Shown: positions 60,101 to 64,000 of the stretch, one piece after another | How the letters are laid out: each line of letters opens with the position of its first letter | How positions within the stretch are numbered: the stretch's first letter is position 1 | Assembly (NCBI RefSeq): GCF_036669915.1 | Contig: NC_089312.1 | Span: forward strand, 315,991-379,990 | Direction: 5' to 3' | Length of the DNA: 64,000 nt | DNA from: Pocillopora verrucosa | Lineage: Eukaryota | Notes under the pieces: generated by a model | Databases searched by the model: none | What the model saw: only the letters and a program-made list of their open reading frames with translations | Told to the model about the DNA's origin: nothing | Made by a program: the position numbers and the translations under genes

Positions 60101-63100
60101 GAGCCTCACAAGTCTGAGATATCCGTAAATGAGTATTTGTCCCTTCCAAGTGAGTGCTGTAAAATGGACTTCAGAATGAGACTTGATTTTGGCTCCATGA
60201 TGTGAGGACACCATAAAGGACCTTAATAACAACACAGCAAAGCCAATCATTGAACAGATCACAGTTTACACACAAAATATGTTGCAGTGGGAGGGGTCAA
60301 ACACAGGTACATACCATCAAGATCCATCTGAGCCATAGATGAGGTGGAGTTATTTAAATCCATGGTCATCACAAGGATAGCTCCATTAGTGTGGGTGGTT
60401 ATGGGTAGGTCTGATGCCAACCAGTCCAAGTCAGTAAGTGGGGGAGATTCCTTTGGCAGCTTATAGCTACTGAAGATCTCAAACTTAAGATGAAAAAAAA
60501 AATAGTTATTACAGTTTAATTTTGTATTCCAACAAAATGTCACAAATCTTGAATTCACTACAGAATGCAAAAAATGATTCCCAATACTTGCATATTGTTG
60601 ACGTTAACTGCGTAAGGTGATGGAAAGCTATAAAAATGCCATTCTAAGGAACATGTTTCTGAGTAGATCTATATTATTTACAATGTGCTGTCAAAAAAAC
60701 ATAAATTACCTTTTGTAGGTCCCAAATATCAACTCCATCACTAAAGAGCACACCAAGTTTGAAGTTACCCCGCCCAGGAGCAAACTTTATTTTCTTTATG
60801 TGTCCTCTGTGCGTTGCAATAGATCTTGTAATGTAAAAACAGAGATCAAAATGGTTAGGAATTACTACCATTTCACACTAATTAATCCTGTGTTAGCTTG
60901 TTTTTTTTTGTTTTTTTGTTTTTTTTCAGACTTACAGAACTTATGTTTTTACCTGGTTACTCTTGCCTTTAATTCCCAAATACTTAAATTGCCATCCACA
61001 TCACTCAGCACCAAATAGTCACCTTTCCAAGCAACATAAGTTACAATTCCAAGGGTACTCTGTGGAAAGGTGGGAGAAACACAATTTTCAGTGTTTAAAA
61101 CAAAAAATGAACTCAACAATAACAGTCAGAGAGGTTTCACTGAATAAGTTCTAAATATTAAGAGGGAGGGGGGGGGGGGAAATTCGCCATACCTTCTGCC
61201 ACCTGTTCCTTATGTTCCCTCCCCAACAGTAACACAGGAGCATTTTCATGACAAGACAAAATAACTTTATTGCAACCTAAAAGTTTGACCATAAATTATT
61301 GAGTAACATACATCACACTGAACTTTGGAGCCATCTTTGATCACTGTCCCCTCTACAAGGAAATGATACAACACTCTGTCTTGATCCACACACACAAAGT
61401 GCTCTTTTATCCAGGACTGAGAAAAAAAAAACATTGAACAAAAAACATGTTTTTATGAGCAGTAAGTTAATCTGGTGAACCAAAAGACAGAAAAAACACT
61501 TCCTGGTGTGACTGATTGTAATTTGTAACAGTATGCTTTCTAAGACTGCACTGAGATTTGATGGAACACATAATATGTATATAGTCAAGATGTTTTGTGT
61601 GAAAATAAAAACCCAGCAGATAAGTCCAAGATTCTATACTTGAATTAATTAGGAAAGATTATCTATTGCAAAGAAACCAGTGAACAAGGTGTCTTTATTA
61701 GTGCAGAAGGACTTGCCTTTCTCTGCCTGCTGGATTATCTGGGGGGAGGTTGGGAAGAGGTTTGCCAAGAGTCTAGACCCTTAGCAGACCTTTTCTCCGC
61801 TCACATTATTCAGGGCCTGGGGGTGAAGAGAAGTTAGAGCTCTAGTGCTTAATTAAGAGGGGGCCTGCTCGTAGACTAATTGCAAAATGAAGAAGATGAT
61901 TTTTTCCTGTGATTCAAAGGACAAGGGAGGAGTCGTTGAAGGGAGTATTTTCACCTGTGTCTGCGTTTGGTTTGCCCTGCTTGAATTCAAAACATTTGCT
62001 GCAATGCCAGAAGCATTCTGCTCCAACTGCTGACTCAGTTTTTTCTTCAAGTGCTTGGAGTGAAGAGATGGTGACCATTCCTGGAGAGTTAAGGACAATT
62101 AAATTATGATTAACTATTGAAAACAACATCACTCAGTTTTAATGAAATGCATATTTATATATCTACTCTACACTGTAATGATAATGAAAAATAATGACTC
62201 TTTCAAAGCTTTCATTTGAATGGTTGCCTACTATACCACACATACCAAAGCTGTGACTGATGGAAAGTTTGATGGCATCTCTCTGAGTACTGTGAGATTT
62301 TTTAAATCCCATAATTGCAGTGGTCTGTCCTTAATCACAACAAGAAAATATTGCCTGCAAAATTAAAGGCAAATAATCTAATAAAACTTAAAAGTTTGTA
62401 AAATAGGAAAAAGGATTCAATTAGGAGCTGAAGTTGAGACTGGGATCCTTGTGGCAGTTAGTCTGTTTTTAACACTCATACAAAAATTGAAAGTAATTAT
62501 TACCTGAGTTGAGAAACCTTGAGAGCCTCAACAGTTGATTCCTCTGCTGCTTTACCAAGTTCAATAGGTGTTGTTTGACCTGTTATTTTTTTCAACAATA
62601 AACAACAATACTTATAATTGATATGTGGAAATAAAAATCTTGGTCAAGCAAAATACAATTCAGAAGCACATTCCTAGAACACTCAAGTATATCGACATCC
62701 TACCAGTTTTTATGCTGACCAGTTGAAGCTCATTTTTGGATGTGCTCCCTGAGGCCTGGGCCCAGGAGAAAAAGCTCTCCAAACTACTCCATGTAATCCC
62801 TCTGTAATGGAAACAACAAATATCTTTTATTATTTTAATAAAAAATTCCCTATACATTAATCCTTTACACCCTCACATTAGCATGCATATTACTCTCCAC
62901 ATTGTTCTCTATAAATTTCCTAAGGTATTGACAAGAAGAATTTGTTTTATAATAAAGAGTTTCTTAGGGCAATGATCACTTCCTAAATTCGCACAACTTT
63001 TGTGTTTGATTCAGCAGTGATACTGTTAGGAAAAATTAGATAGCATCCAGTCTGGATGGTCAGAGGGTTAGTCAGTAATTCCCATTGAGCTTGTGTAATT

Positions 63101-64000
63101 TCCTAGGAACTACAGCAGTAGACTTGTTCAAAACTAAGACATCACTTAACACTCCTAAAAAAAAAATATCACAACAGTTAGCTTTTTCGGTGTATTTTTC
63201 AAACTGAATTTTTCTCGAAGTAGGTAAATTGTCTTACTTCACTGCTCCAGTGTGAATCGTATATTCTCTTGCAAGTAAGCCAGTACCCAGATTGAAAACT
63301 TGAATACAACCTTGGGTGTTTCCTGTACAAAAAGACAATTAGTAATCTTTTTAGAAATTGTTATATTGAGTATGTTCTATATATTAACCAAACAAAGTTG
63401 TAGCAAAACTCTACAATATGACATGTAATGAAGTCTCTTACCAACTGCTAACAAAGGCTTGTAACTCCCCCAATTCTTAGTAGTCAAGGGCGGACACATG
63501 ACAGCACAAGTTGGAGGAGATGATACTGAGCTGGAAAGGGTTACCATGACAAACTTGTAATGAACAGAATTTTGAATGACATTTCCAGAGGTAAGAGGTG
63601 GAGGAATCACATCAGAAAGTGTCAAATTAGGATTGACATGACACCGCAGGTGTTCAGAGTCTGTGTTGCATGGTAGTGAAGCTTTCAAAGCTTCCTGTGA
63701 CAAGACTGATGCTTCTCCTTGAAGCCTTTTAGCCTTTAATTCCCAAATAATCATTCTTCCATCACTAATCAAAAGGGCAACTTTCCGTTCACTTGATGGA
63801 CAGCACATGAAGCCAAAGAGTCGGCTTGATTTGCTGAGACGCAGTGGATCTGACTGGCATTTGTTCTCATAGATTATATCTACAGATGAATTAACATCAT
63901 TACTCCTTTCATCAGGTTCAGTGAAGTAAGGATTGTTCTCTACTCTTCTACGCACTCGCATGATCACACTGCCATTCTCATGTAAACACATTAGAACATC
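54132..64000 (-). CDS. WDR11: WDR11 (WD repeat-containing protein 11) gene, partial: C-terminal ~two thirds present, 5' exons beyond window end. Gene-level span. Exons located include 54132-54259 (last), 54672-54754, 55327-55407, 56069-56166, 56261-56355, ~56880-56950, ~57300-57400, ~60290-60480, ~60700-60840, 60953-61059, ~63390-63990.
   Basis: High-identity blocks vs human WDR11: GVQLLCLIDKGLDACRYLQTYGEWDRAAWLAK (human ...DKAADACRYLQTYGEWNRAAWLAK); SSGASQSTIKLVATNLIASGKLA; KRSTYEHTKKCADTLVLLGQ|ADRAVQLFLETDSANDNYYVDSL; VAWKGDYLVLSDVDGNLSIWELKARV; THRGHIKKIKFAPGRGNFKLGVLFSDGVDIWD; FCLHENGSVIMRVRR...VALLISDGRMIIWELKA; MCPPLTTKNWGSYKPLLAVG; MRYFDRAAMFAEAC; AVYTEYARYLHGLGLEKPAYFFASKAG. Junctions are phase-consistent. 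Confidence 0.92.
59740..60035. mobile_element. Pair of inverted copies (~59745-59830 and ~59935-60030) of a short SINE-like element with a tRNA-like A/B-box head, inside a WDR11 intron
   Basis: Copy B (plus orientation): tgtggctcagtggtctgaagttcgattcctcatggggactcaattttttctttgtcctacgctcgtgaaaag. Copy A is its reverse complement: cacgagcgtgggacaaagaaaaaattctgagtctccatgtggaatcaaacctcagacc. The A- and B-box-like motifs lie only ~4 nt apart, so it is not a functional tRNA. Confidence 0.55.

Noticed and set aside
1-64000. Prokaryotic-style interpretation (operons, CRISPR arrays, defence islands) prompted by the many short ORFs and direct repeats
   Set aside because: The genes are split by GT-AG introns with polypyrimidine tracts, and the homologs (MDM2, WDR11, cPLA2, TRIM-NHL) are metazoan-specific. 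The repeats are microsatellites without spacer structure. No repeat-spacer periodicity was seen.

Overview
Eukaryotic (metazoan, invertebrate-type) nuclear DNA: AT-rich, intron-dense with short canonical GT-AG introns, microsatellites and SINE/MITE-like elements. No prokaryotic operons or CRISPR arrays were seen. All exon boundaries were found by hand translation and are approximate (a few nt) unless stated.

Recognised genes:
1. Minus-strand ABCC4/MRP4-like ABC transporter (1-4092, partial). Its NBD1 has lost the Walker A lysine, the LSGGQ signature, the D-loop Asp and the H-loop His, yet keeps an intact 404-codon exon.
2. Minus-strand TBC1D20-like RabGAP (10052-11365). Its two detectable TBC exons join in frame but skip the region that should carry the Arg/Gln catalytic fingers. 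A CAGTCAGC-type repeat array sits where those exons would be.
3. Plus-strand intronless 740-aa TRIM-NHL E3 ligase (11904-14126; RING, 2 B-boxes, coiled coil, filamin Ig, 6 NHL repeats). It lies head-to-head (538 bp between ATGs) with gene 2.
4. Minus-strand MDM2 homolog (27888-29383) with a SWIB/p53-binding domain, acidic region, RanBP2-type zinc finger and C-terminal RING. The stop codon of a separate NLS-bearing, acidic-tailed gene lies 54 bp upstream of its ATG.
5. Minus-strand cytosolic phospholipase A2 (PLA2G4A-like; C2 domain, GGGFR/GLSGS/DSG lipase motifs), at least 13 exons, 39449-46508.
6. Minus-strand WDR11 (54132-64000, partial).

Also present:
- several multi-exon genes of unknown identity (7095-9297, 15374-19137, 29442-31517);
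- a collagen-like Gly-X-Y ORF with an in-frame stop;
- a tRNA-like Pol III unit lacking a 5' acceptor strand, plus dispersed tRNA-head fragments;
- palindromic hairpin elements with G-rich/C-rich arms;
- a large perfect-ish inverted repeat at 49103-49217;
- a recurrent GTCAGT/TGAC-based intronic minisatellite family in four different genes;
- long poly-G tracts.

No convincing novel multi-gene system was found. The most unusual items are the motif-dead ABCC NBD1, the core-less TBC1D20-like gene, the compact MDM2 locus with an operon-like upstream neighbour, and the G/C-arm hairpin elements.
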